The notes beneath the pieces are model-generated. The model saw only the letters and a program-made list of their open reading frames with translations, searched no databases and was not told the DNA's origin. DNA of 63,068 nt, the filler included. It is 8 parts of 8 records of this genome, joined end to end, with 100 filler letters (N's around TTAATTAATTAA, not from the genome) between each part and the next. Parts side by side here need not be neighbours in the genome. Positions count along the whole stretch, not along the records: positions 14,406 to 24,384 come from SRR31147125_31614; positions 24,485 to 30,217 come from SRR31147125_31627; positions 30,318 to 36,921 come from SRR31147125_31639; 5 more parts are not named here. The stretch is one strand, 5' to 3'. Made by a program: the position numbers and the translations under genes. Positions 21,255 to 30,928 of this stretch are shown piece after piece. Numbering within the stretch: position 1 is the stretch's first letter; each line of letters starts with the position of its first letter.

Positions 21255-21974
21255 ATGAGTTTTTTCAAAGGCATTCTTTATAATGTAAAAGGGCTGATCA
21301 TGGCCCTTTCTACGCCCCGGCTGCTCTTTCTGGGCATCCTTAGATTCATCGTTGTTGTGGCACTGACCATCATCTGTTCCGGTGCCGTTTTGATGTGGCA
21401 CCAGGAAATCCTCAATCTTCTTTGGCAAACCCCCGAATCTTCACTTTTGCAGTATCTGTGGGCTGCCGTATCCTGGTTGCTCTCCCTTCTTCTTGCAGCC
21501 ATTGCAGGTCTTCTCTCCTATTTCATTGCCCAGCTTCTGTTTTGTGTTTTCATCATGGACTATATGTCGAGAATAACCGAGGAAAAAGTGACCGGAAAGG
21601 TGAGCGGGACCGATTCCATCTCCATTCTAAGTCTCTTTTTTCATCTGATTCGACAAGAGATCCCCAGAACCATTGTGCCGGTGCTTCTCATGCTTCTGGT
21701 CATGATTTTAGGCTTTTTAACACCTTTGGGACCAGCCATTGCCTTAATTTCTTCCATTGCCGCGGCCATTTTTCTGGCATGGGACAATACGGATCTGGTT
21801 CCGGCAAGAAGAATGGAACCTTTTGCCAAGCGATTCAGCTATTTGAAAAAGAATTTGATGTTTCACATGGGATTCGGCATCTGTTTTCTGATTCCATGGC
21901 TGAACATCGTGTTGCTCTCATTTGCACCGGTGGGAGCGACGCTTTATTATATAGAACAGGATCGAAAGCAATAA
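21255..21974 (+). CDS. EI24/CysZ-like membrane protein
   Basis: Several hydrophobic helices; DYMSRITE, LAWDNTD, IPWLN..APVGATL. Confidence 0.75.
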   Translation: MSFFKGILYNVKGLIMALSTPRLLFLGILRFIVVVALTIICSGAVLMWHQEILNLLWQTPESSLLQYLWAAVSWLLSLLLAAIAGLLSYFIAQLLFCVFIMDYMSRITEEKVTGKVSGTDSISILSLFFHLIRQEIPRTIVPVLLMLLVMILGFLTPLGPAIALISSIAAAIFLAWDNTDLVPARRMEPFAKRFSYLKKNLMFHMGFGICFLIPWLNIVLLSFAPVGATLYYIEQDRKQ

Positions 21975-22026
21975 CACCATGGCAGGGTGACTGCCATGCC
22001 AATATAATTTGATTAGGTGGGGGCGT

Positions 22027-22455
22027 ATGTTGGTTGTCTCGTTTAAATCTTTACCTGGTGATGGGGGTACGGATGATCATCATGTAAAACTGCGGGAAGA
22101 TGAGAACCGTGAGGAAAAAGCCTCCCAAAAAGCAACTGATTCCTCTGAAGAAGAGGCGATTCTTTGCGCCTTTTGCCAACAAACCATTACAACCCAAAAT
22201 CAAACCCTGTCGGTCAATGGGGCAAAACAGCATGTGTTTGCCAATCCCCATGGGCTGGTATTTGATATTGGCTGCTTTAAAAATTGTGTCGGAGTGGTGC
22301 CGGCATCCGCCCCCTCCAATGAGTTCTCATGGTTTCCGGGATACAGCTGGCGGGTGGCGGTCTGCAGATACTGCAGCCGGCATCTCGGTTGGAAGTTTAT
22401 CGGAGAACGGAGTGCATTTTTCGGGCTGATTCTGGAGCACTTGATATTTCCATGA
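22027..22455 (+). CDS. Bacterial cereblon (CULT/thalidomide-binding domain) protein
   Basis: CAFC and CRYC zinc ligands, FANPHG, FSWFPGYSW, HLGWKF, FFGLI. Confidence 0.92.
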   Translation: MLVVSFKSLPGDGGTDDHHVKLREDENREEKASQKATDSSEEEAILCAFCQQTITTQNQTLSVNGAKQHVFANPHGLVFDIGCFKNCVGVVPASAPSNEFSWFPGYSWRVAVCRYCSRHLGWKFIGERSAFFGLILEHLIFP

Positions 22456-22489
22456 CGCAGTGAAGACGGCAGCGAAACGGAGGTAGAAA

Positions 22490-22705
22490 ATGAACGAGAT
22501 AGAAAGTATTTTGTTTGTGGCCCGTTCAAGTTGTGATAGACGATCCCCCACGGATCGTCGAATTATCAACCTCGGCCCGGCCTATCCCATGCCGGAGCGT
22601 AGAAAATCAGGCGAAAGACGCTGCTCCCATTTAAGGGGGCGGCGTAGTGGGTGGTTGCGAAAAACCCGGTGGAAAAGTGTGCCGGTGAATCCCACAACCC
22701 CTTAA
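22490..22705 (+). CDS. Small Arg-rich protein with [D/E]RR repeats
   Basis: GGAGG RBS. Contains DRRSPTDRR..PERRKSGERR..GRRSGW. Confidence 0.7.
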   Translation: MNEIESILFVARSSCDRRSPTDRRIINLGPAYPMPERRKSGERRCSHLRGRRSGWLRKTRWKSVPVNPTTP

Positions 22706-22827
22706 CTTATCCGCATTCTTCTTTTCAATGAAAAAGGAAAATGCAATCAAGATGCAAGCAAACGGGTGCGGGATTTCACTCTTTTTTTGAGTATTTATAG
22801 ATGTCGCTACTTGAAGTCGATTGATTG

Positions 22828-24384
22828 TTATTTCAGCGCTTTTGTCACGATCTCAAAGACATCCCTGGAGAGTCCCGGGGTGTCGATTATCTTTTCCAGC
22901 TCTTTTCTCATCAATTCCTGACGTTTTGAATCGTACCGTTTCCAGCGATTGAAGGCCGACACCAGTCTGGCGGCGATCTGTGAGTTGATCGTGTCCAGAT
23001 GCAACACCTCTTTTGTAAAAAACGCATACCCTTTCCCATCGGCTTTGTGGAAAATATATGGATTGGCAGATCCCAGCACTGCCATGACCGATCGAACGCG
23101 ATTGGGATTTCTCCATGAGAAGTCCGGATGGCGGGTCAGTTCCTTGATCCGGTTCAATGCTCCGGGCCGGGTGGATGTCGCCTGTACCGTAAACCATTTA
23201 TCCAGCACCAGAGGATCTTCTTTCCATCGGCCGTGGAACCGGGTAAGGACCTCTTGAAGCATTTCATCCGGACAGGATGAGTTACACAAAATGGCAAGTG
23301 CCGAAATCGCGTCGGTCATGTTTCCGGCCTCATTGAAATGGGACAACAGGGTCGTGTGAGCCGTTTCAGTCTCAACACTGCCCACATAAGAAAGAAGGGT
23401 GTTTTTGAGACTTCTATCTGCCATGGCACCATGGGAGAGGTCTTTGGGGTCGGCTTTGGCGCACCTGTCGATCATTTCATCCAGTTCAGAGGCCAGGGAA
23501 ACGGCAATGGCATGTTTCACATGTTGGCGAACATGATGAATGGCATCCACATCGATGGGATCGTATTGTTGACCAATTTCTCCTTCGTCCGGCAGTGTCA
23601 ATGTCTGGGCAATGAGGGCTCGGTCCAAAGCGGCGTTGCAAAGCGCGTTTTTAAATGCATCGATAAGATGGGAAGATACGGCTTCCATGCCGTCTCCGAC
23701 ACTTTGCCTTTCAATGAGCCGTCGAAACTCCATGAAATAGAGTTGCTGGGCAGCATCCCACCGATTGAATTCATCTGAATCAAATGCCATCAGAGCCGCC
23801 AATTCCTCCGCGGTGAAATCATTTTTAACAATGACCGGAGATGAAAACCCCCTAAAGAGGGAGGGAAGTGCCTCCCGGGAAACATCGGTAATGCGTAACG
23901 TTTGGGTGGACTCTCTTAAGTCAAACATTCGATTGGCGTGCACTTCGGCCGTCGTCTTTTCTTTATTATCCTCGTTCATCGAATCTTGTTCAATTTGATG
24001 TTGTAATGCTGCGGTCTGAATATCCATTGATGATAAAGGAACGACCAATCCGAATTTAACTGGAATATGAAGCGGCTTTTTTTCGACTGATTGGCATCCG
24101 GTGCGGTTTTCTGTGTCAGATGCACACTCAGCGTCCGGTTGGCGGCGTCGTACTCTCTTTTGACGGTAACGTGAGGAGTTCCGGATTGTGAGTACCACAA
24201 TCGAAATTGACTCAGATCGATGCCGGAGGCATCCTCCATGGTTTTCACAAAATCCTCACAGGTGACTGCCTGCCCGTCGAATCGCTCAAAGTAAAGATCC
24301 ATTCCCTTTCTGAACAATTGTCGTCCAAGTAATTCGTACATCATTCGAATCACCTCCGCCCCTTTTTCATAAACGGTCATGGTG
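22828..24384 (-). CDS. pepN: Aminopeptidase N, C-terminal part (5' truncated; frameshift at T7 24077-24083)
   Basis: TVYEKGAEVIRM, WYSQSGTP, PLHIPV, SLFRGFSSPV, FNRWDAAQ, LDKWF, NPNRVRS. Confidence 0.95.
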
Positions 24385-24484
24385 NNNNNNNNNNNNNNNN
24401 NNNNNNNNNNNNNNNNNNNNNNNNNNNNTTAATTAATTAANNNNNNNNNNNNNNNNNNNNNNNNNNNNNNNNNNNNNNNNNNNN

Positions 24485-24676
24485 CCAATAATGAATGGGT
24501 ATGATGCAACAAAAAAAATAAAAGAAATACGACCAGATTTACCAATTATTGCTTGCACTGCTTATGTCCTGGATGCTGATAAGAAAAAGTCAATTGAATC
24601 TGGTTGTGACGCTCATGTTTCTAAGCCGTTTAAATTTAGTGACTTATTGCCTGTCCTGAAGAAGTATAAAAAGTAG
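24485..24676 (+). CDS. C-terminal receiver domain fragment (probably of a hybrid histidine kinase)
   Basis: PIMNGYDATKKIK..PIIACTA..GCDAHVSKP. Confidence 0.85.
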   Translation, partial: PIMNGYDATKKIKEIRPDLPIIACTAYVLDADKKKSIESGCDAHVSKPFKFSDLLPVLKKYKK

Positions 24677-24685
24677 GTTGGAATT

Positions 24686-25693
24686 CTAACAAATCCTTGG
24701 TAATTGTTCCCCTGCAAGCATATCAATAATTCGTTGGCCTCCGATAGATGTTTTCATCAAAGCAAAACCTTTGTTGGTGTCCGTTATTTCCCCAATGATT
24801 TTACTATTTTTTCCGAGGGGGTGATTTTTCAGGATTTCATAAAGTTTTCCTGATTCTTTTTCAGAAACAACCATCACTACTTTTCCTTCATTGGCAACAT
24901 ATAGCGGATCAAAACCAAGAATTTCACATACCCCTTTTACGTTTTCCTGAACAGGAATTTCTTGTTCATCAACTACTATCCCAAAAGATTTATTCTCGGT
25001 AAGTTCGCTAAGAATGGTTGCAACTCCACCCCGGGTCGCATCTCGCATAAATTTAATGTTCAGGTTATTGTCCAGAATTTCCTTGATTAATCCGTTCAGT
25101 GGAACAACATCCGATTCGATATTGGTGACAGCCATTCCTTCCCGTGTTGTCATTACAGATATTCCATGTTCTGCAATGTTCCCATTAATAACTATTTTAT
25201 CACCAGGTTCAATTTTATTTTTTAGGCAGGATGCATTCGGGTGCAGCTCACCAATCCCTGATGTGTTTATAAAAAGCTTGTCGCATTTCCCTTTGTTTAC
25301 GACTTTTGTGTCGCCGGTAACAATGTAAACACCAGCTTTCCTGGCTTCTTCAGCCATGGATTTAACGACTTTCTCTAAAATTGAAAAGTGCAATCCTTCT
25401 TCAATTATAAAACCGGCAGAGAGATATTTTGGTACATAGCCCGAAACTGCCAAATCGTTTACTGTACCCGAAACCGCTAAATGACCAATGTTACCTCCCG
25501 GAAATTCCAAGGGATCCACAACAAAAGAGTCTGTTGTAAATCCTATTTCACCTTTTTTGAAAGTTAGGGATGCTGAGTCTGTATCTTTATTTTCAAAAGG
25601 GTTGGGGAAATATTTGAAGAAAAGGTCTTTTATGAGTTCGTGAGATAGTCTTCCGCCACTGCCATGGCCTAACAAAATTTGGTCTTGATTCAT
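24686..25693 (-). CDS. hypE: Hydrogenase maturation protein HypE
   Basis: LGHGSGG, TTDSFVV, GTVNDLAV, MRDATRGG, VANEGK and C-terminal LPRIC. Confidence 0.97.
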   Translation of the reverse strand: MNQDQILLGHGSGGRLSHELIKDLFFKYFPNPFENKDTDSASLTFKKGEIGFTTDSFVVDPLEFPGGNIGHLAVSGTVNDLAVSGYVPKYLSAGFIIEEGLHFSILEKVVKSMAEEARKAGVYIVTGDTKVVNKGKCDKLFINTSGIGELHPNASCLKNKIEPGDKIVINGNIAEHGISVMTTREGMAVTNIESDVVPLNGLIKEILDNNLNIKFMRDATRGGVATILSELTENKSFGIVVDEQEIPVQENVKGVCEILGFDPLYVANEGKVVMVVSEKESGKLYEILKNHPLGKNSKIIGEITDTNKGFALMKTSIGGQRIIDMLAGEQLPRIC

Positions 25694-26778
25694 AAACTTC
25701 GGCTCCTATATTTAAATGCGGCATGGCAAGATCCTTCGTTGGATACCATGCATGCTCCTACTGGTGATTCCGGTTTGCATATCTTTCCGAACAATTTGCA
25801 ATCTTCTGGTTCTTTCAGTCCTTTTAAGATTTCGCCACAAATGCAGCCCTTCGGCTCAATGGGTTCAGGAATTGAAATATCAATGTTTTTCTCAGCATCA
25901 AATGACGCAAGATCTTTTTTGATTTTTAAGCCACTATTCGGTAAAACGCCAAGACCTCGCCACCAATCATCACCAAGTTCAAAAACGGTATCTAAGATTT
26001 TTTGTGCTTTTTCGTTGCCTTGGGGTTTTACTGCTCTTTTGTATTGTATCTCAACTTTTGGGGTGCTTGTTTCAACCTGATTTACTAACATGTGAATCGC
26101 ATGTAACATATCTACAGGTTCAAAGCCGGTTACAACAACCGGGATTTTAAAATCTTGCGCAATGAAATTGTAAATATTTGAACCTGTTATGGTGCTTACG
26201 TGTCCGGGGGCGATATAACCATCAATTTGCACTTTCTCATCTATGAGTGCTTGCATGGCAGGGAGCATTACTTTATGCGAACTGAGCACAAAAAAGTTAT
26301 TGAGATTTTCTCGTTCTGCATGCAATATTGCCGCGGCAGTTCCTGGTGCTGTTGTTTCAAATCCAATTCCCAACAATAAAATTTTCTTGTCAGGATTATT
26401 TTTTGCTAAATCAACTGCATCTAGTGGAGAATAAATTATTCGAACATCAGCTCCGGATGCTTTTTCTTTATCCAATGAAGACCTGCTGCCAGGGACCCGT
26501 ATTAAATCTCCAAATGTAGCTATGATCGTATTTTTAAGTTGGGAATATGCAATTGCTTTGTCAATAAACCTGATATCTGATACACAAACAGGGCAACCCG
26601 GGCCGGAGACTAGTTTAATGGTTTCGGGTAATAAATCTCTGATTCCAAATTTGTGGATTGCCATGGTGTGGCCACCGCAAACTTCCATAAACCTAACATC
26701 CTTCTTCGATGTGCGTTTTATTTCATCAACAAGTTTTTGGACTAGTTTTTTATCCCGGTATTCATCAATGTATTTCAT
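25690..26778 (-). CDS. hypD: Hydrogenase maturation protein HypD
   Basis: EVCGGHT, GPGCPVC, GFETT, PGHVS, GACMVSNEGSC. Confidence 0.97.
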   Translation of the reverse strand: MKYIDEYRDKKLVQKLVDEIKRTSKKDVRFMEVCGGHTMAIHKFGIRDLLPETIKLVSGPGCPVCVSDIRFIDKAIAYSQLKNTIIATFGDLIRVPGSRSSLDKEKASGADVRIIYSPLDAVDLAKNNPDKKILLLGIGFETTAPGTAAAILHAERENLNNFFVLSSHKVMLPAMQALIDEKVQIDGYIAPGHVSTITGSNIYNFIAQDFKIPVVVTGFEPVDMLHAIHMLVNQVETSTPKVEIQYKRAVKPQGNEKAQKILDTVFELGDDWWRGLGVLPNSGLKIKKDLASFDAEKNIDISIPEPIEPKGCICGEILKGLKEPEDCKLFGKICKPESPVGACMVSNEGSCHAAFKYRSRSL

Positions 26779-26787
26779 GTTTGCTAT

Positions 26788-27003
26788 TTAGTCTTCTTTT
26801 AGTTTGTCGAGCAAGGCCATGGTTTCGACGGCTTCTTCTTCGCTAATTTTTTCAATAGCAAAACCGGTATGCACCAAAACATAGTCGTTTACTTTTACAT
26901 CGTCAACAAGGTCGAGGGACACTTTAATTTCAGCACCACCCAAGGAACCTATTGCTTTTTCATTATCAAACCGTATTATTTTAACCGGAACACTCAAACA
27001 CAT
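26788..27003 (-). CDS. hypC: Hydrogenase chaperone HypC
   Basis: MCLSVP and DYVLVHTGFAI. Confidence 0.96.
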   Translation of the reverse strand: MCLSVPVKIIRFDNEKAIGSLGGAEIKVSLDLVDDVKVNDYVLVHTGFAIEKISEEEAVETMALLDKLKED

Positions 27004-27013
27004 AGTATATATT

Positions 27014-29299
27014 TTAGTTAATTAGTCCATTTTTTATTTGGTGGGCAGCAATTGCCAGTTGGCCTAGAGCAATTCCTCCGTCGTTAACAGGGATGGCATT
27101 ACCACTGAAAACAGCGAAATTATATTGTTCTAGTTTAACTTTTAATTTTCTGAACAGGATTTTATTTTGAAAACAACCACCTGATAAAACAACCGTTTTT
27201 AATCCTGTATTTTGGCTAATAATTTTTACTTGTTGAAACAGAGCTTCTACCAATGTATTATGAAATCGGGCTGAGATTAAGCCTACATCAGTTTTTTGCC
27301 TGATATCTTTAACAATATCTTCAATTGCTGGAAGAAATGATATCGAGTCATTTATTTCAAAATTGTATAAACCAGTCTCTGTTTTACTGGCGACGTTTTC
27401 CAGGTACATGGGTGCTTGTGCATGATAAGCAGAATATCTACATAAACCCGTAAGTGCTGCGACAGCATCAAACAAACGTCCTGCACTTGAAGTCTTTATG
27501 TGATTTCCAGAGGCCAGCAAAGAAGCAAATAACTCAAGTTGCGATACTTCAGTTTTTAATTCTTTTACCAATGGAATATTTAGCGTTAACCAATTTTCCC
27601 CAAATATTTCAAACAAATAAGATGCTGCCATGCGCCATGGTTCCTCGGTGGCACTGTCACCTCCGGGAAGGTTTATGTATTGAAAATGAGATTCACGAAT
27701 ACAATCTGTAAAATCGCATGTAAAAATCTCTCCACCCCAACTATTTCCATCTGTCCCGTAGCCTGTCCCATCCAGGCATATGCCAATAACTTTTTCATTT
27801 AAACGATGTTCAGCCATAACAGCTGCAATGTGCGCATGGTGGTGTTGGATTCCAATATGTTTTCCTTTTGATTTTTGAGCAAATCGAGTTGACAAATAAT
27901 CCGGGTGTAAATCATACGCGACATAGTATGGTTCAAATTTGAATAGAGAGGAGAAACGGTTAAATGTTTCTTCATAAAATTGATATGTATCAAAGTTTTT
28001 TAAATCCCCGATGTGCTGGCTTAAAATTGCCTGGTTTCCTTTTCCAATGCAAAAACAATTTACCAGTTCGGCTCCGGATGCAAATATGCCTTCAACATCC
28101 ACATCAACAAATACTGGTTGAGGTGCAAACCCTCTCGATCGTCTTAAAATCTGGATGTCAGTAGCAACAACCTGGCAAACCGAGTCGTCTGTGCGGTTAT
28201 GGATATCCCGGTTGTAATGAAGAATAGCATCTACTTTGTTGGAGAGTAAATTGACCGTAATATCATTATCAATTAAAATTGGATTGCCTGATAAATTTGC
28301 GCTTGTTAATACCAACGCGTTTGTGTTTAGCTCTTCAAAAAGTATGTGGTGGATAGGCATGTAAGGTAAAATCGCACCTATGGTATTTAGTTCACAGGAT
28401 ACACCTTTAGCAAGCGACGTATTGGATTTAAGAATTACAACCGGCCGTTTTTTTGATTGCAGTAAATCCATTTCGTTCGCATTTATTTCGCAGAACGCAG
28501 CAATGCTATCAATATCTTTAAATAATACAGCAAATGGTTTTTCGTCGCGTTGTTTTATTTTTCTGAGTTTGTTAACGGCAGCTTCATTCATGGCATCGCA
28601 CATTAAATGAAAACCTCCTAATCCTTTTATTGCGATTACACCTTCATTGTGAATTATTTCTTTAGTGGTCGATAGAATTTTTTCGAAATCAACTATAGAT
28701 CTGTTCCCTTGATCTAGTGTGTAAATCGGGCCGCAAGAATTGCATGAGATGGGCTGTGCGTGAAACCTCCTGTCCGTTACATCCTGGTATTCTTTTGAAC
28801 ATGTGGGGCACAATTCAAAAATATCCATGGTAGTGTTGGGGCGGTCGTATGGGAGGTGTTTAATTATGGTAAACCGGGGGCCGCAGTTCGTGCAGTTAAC
28901 AAACGGATAATTTATTCTGTGCGCTTGATTTTTCAAATCATTCATGCAATCATCACAAACTGCAATATCCGGGCTAACCTGGGTAATTGTTGTGGATTTG
29001 CTTTCGCTTGCTTCAATTACAAAATTTTGAAATCCATGTAAATCGATTTCTTTTATGGATACATTCTGAATATCAGCAGCAAGGGGGTGGTCGTTTTTTA
29101 AATTATTTATGAAATGATTAATCTTGGCAAAATCCCCTTCAACAATTATTTCAACATTCATGTTCGTATTCTTTACCTTACCATTCAAGCTAAAATGTTT
29201 GGCAAGGTTATATACAAAAGGCCTGAAACCAACACCTTGAACCAATCCTGTTACTTCAAGCGAATAGGCTTTTTTATTGTCGAGTTCAGTTAGCTTCAT
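27014..29299 (-). CDS. hypF: Carbamoyltransferase HypF
   Basis: GLVQGVGFRPF, zinc fingers (CDDC/CTNCGPRF, CPTC/CNSCGP), KGLGGFHL, QHHHAH, DGTGYG, NDGGIALGQ. Confidence 0.97.
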   Translation of the reverse strand: MKLTELDNKKAYSLEVTGLVQGVGFRPFVYNLAKHFSLNGKVKNTNMNVEIIVEGDFAKINHFINNLKNDHPLAADIQNVSIKEIDLHGFQNFVIEASESKSTTITQVSPDIAVCDDCMNDLKNQAHRINYPFVNCTNCGPRFTIIKHLPYDRPNTTMDIFELCPTCSKEYQDVTDRRFHAQPISCNSCGPIYTLDQGNRSIVDFEKILSTTKEIIHNEGVIAIKGLGGFHLMCDAMNEAAVNKLRKIKQRDEKPFAVLFKDIDSIAAFCEINANEMDLLQSKKRPVVILKSNTSLAKGVSCELNTIGAILPYMPIHHILFEELNTNALVLTSANLSGNPILIDNDITVNLLSNKVDAILHYNRDIHNRTDDSVCQVVATDIQILRRSRGFAPQPVFVDVDVEGIFASGAELVNCFCIGKGNQAILSQHIGDLKNFDTYQFYEETFNRFSSLFKFEPYYVAYDLHPDYLSTRFAQKSKGKHIGIQHHHAHIAAVMAEHRLNEKVIGICLDGTGYGTDGNSWGGEIFTCDFTDCIRESHFQYINLPGGDSATEEPWRMAASYLFEIFGENWLTLNIPLVKELKTEVSQLELFASLLASGNHIKTSSAGRLFDAVAALTGLCRYSAYHAQAPMYLENVASKTETGLYNFEINDSISFLPAIEDIVKDIRQKTDVGLISARFHNTLVEALFQQVKIISQNTGLKTVVLSGGCFQNKILFRKLKVKLEQYNFAVFSGNAIPVNDGGIALGQLAIAAHQIKNGLIN

Positions 29300-29420
29300 G
29301 AATGTTAAAAAACGTTTGCCCTAAAGTAGCAAAAATCAAGGATATTATAGCTTGTATAATTCTAAAAAGATGTTGTACTTTGAGAACCTTAATTATTAGA
29401 ACGCATTTTATTCGCTTGAT

Positions 29421-30217
29421 ATGAAGAAAATTGAATTGCATTGGCAGATATTAATAGCACTTATTCTTGCGGTACTGTTCGGGATATTTCTTAAAGAACA
29501 AACGCAATACGTGGGCTGGATGGGTACGGTTTTTATCAGGGCTTTGAAAATGATAGTTGTACCTCTTGTTTTAACATCATTAATTACTGGGGTAACAAAC
29601 ATTGGAAGTTCGGGTAACCTTGGAAGGATTGGTGTAAAAACACTCGTGTATTACCTGGCAACGAGTACGCTTGCAATATTAACCGGTTTATTCCTTGTAA
29701 ACTTGATAAAGCCCGGTGTAGGTGCTAATATACAGCTAGCCGGCAATGGTGATGCTTTGGAGCTTGTTAAAAAACCAATTTCAGAAACGTTACTGGAAAT
29801 TATTCCTACAAATATTTTCGATGCATTTACCCGGGGGGATATGCTATCGATCATCTTTTTTGCCATACTATTCGGGTTTTTTATAACTCAAGTTGGAGAT
29901 ACACATAAAAAAACATTGACAGATTTCTTTTCAGCAGCATTTGAGGTTATGATGAAGGTAACCTTATTTATTATAAAATTTGCACCATTGGGTATTTTTG
30001 GTTTTGTTGCACAGGTAGTTGCAGAACAAGAGAATATTTTAGAATTGTTTCAGCGACTTGGTATTTTTATGATTGTTGTAATTGCAGGATTGTTGTTGCA
30101 TGCATTTATTTCGTTGCCATTAATACTTAAATTTATTGGTAAGATAAATCCAATAAAGCACATTAAGGCTATGGTAACTCCATTGCTAACAGCCTTTTCA
30201 ACCGCTTCTTCGAATGC
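29421..30217 (+). CDS. Dicarboxylate/amino acid:cation symporter (GltP/DctA family), 3' truncated
   Basis: FIRALKMIVVPLV, IIPTNIF, APLGIF, AFSTASSN. Confidence 0.93.
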
Positions 30218-30393
30218 NNNNNNNNNNNNNNNNNNNNNNNNNNNNNNNNNNNNNNNNNNNNTTAATTAATTAANNNNNNNNNNNNNNNNNNNNNNNNNNN
30301 NNNNNNNNNNNNNNNNNTAAATTCGATGTTTTTCCTTAGGGATTCTATTGAATTAATTCCGGTTGGGTACTTAAAAATATTTTCACATTCCAT

Positions 30394-30909
30394 ATGAGGT
30401 TCAATATGAAATCGATAGGTAATTACATATTTCCAATACTATTGTTGATCTCATTTTTGGGAGGATGTCATCACAGACTCAATGCGCCCTCATCTCCCGA
30501 ATTTTTAAATGGATTACGTGTTGGCGAGGCATATGCAAAATCAGATGCCATGTCCATCGTATGCATGGAATATTCTTTCATATTTCATACGCCGATTTTT
30601 GAGCATCTTCAAGAACATTTAATAAAATTCAAGAAAGAAAAAGAGCGCAGGGTTTCATCAAAGGGTTTTCCCATAGTTATGAGACCTCTTTCAGAGATTA
30701 TTTTGATGCATATTGCAATGAATACTAATCACTACTTTTATAGCACGTCAGCGACACTTCGTGTTTTTACATGGAACAGAACCATGCGCATCAAATCAAA
30801 AAAAATACGAATCACCTCTTTCACCGTAATGGCTATAAATATTGTTGTTTCGGTGAAAGTTATCGCTGTAGTGATAGCAATGATAGCAAATCAACACTTA
30901 GGCCATTAA
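30394..30909 (+). CDS. Hypothetical lipoprotein; may be frameshifted near 30640, which would put the stop at about 30728
   Basis: Lipobox-like FLGGC. An alternative frame reads GFIKGFSHSYETSFRDYFDAYCNEY*. Confidence 0.4.
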   Translation: MRFNMKSIGNYIFPILLLISFLGGCHHRLNAPSSPEFLNGLRVGEAYAKSDAMSIVCMEYSFIFHTPIFEHLQEHLIKFKKEKERRVSSKGFPIVMRPLSEIILMHIAMNTNHYFYSTSATLRVFTWNRTMRIKSKKIRITSFTVMAINIVVSVKVIAVVIAMIANQHLGH

Positions 30910-30928
30910 ATAGAATCCAAGATTCTTA

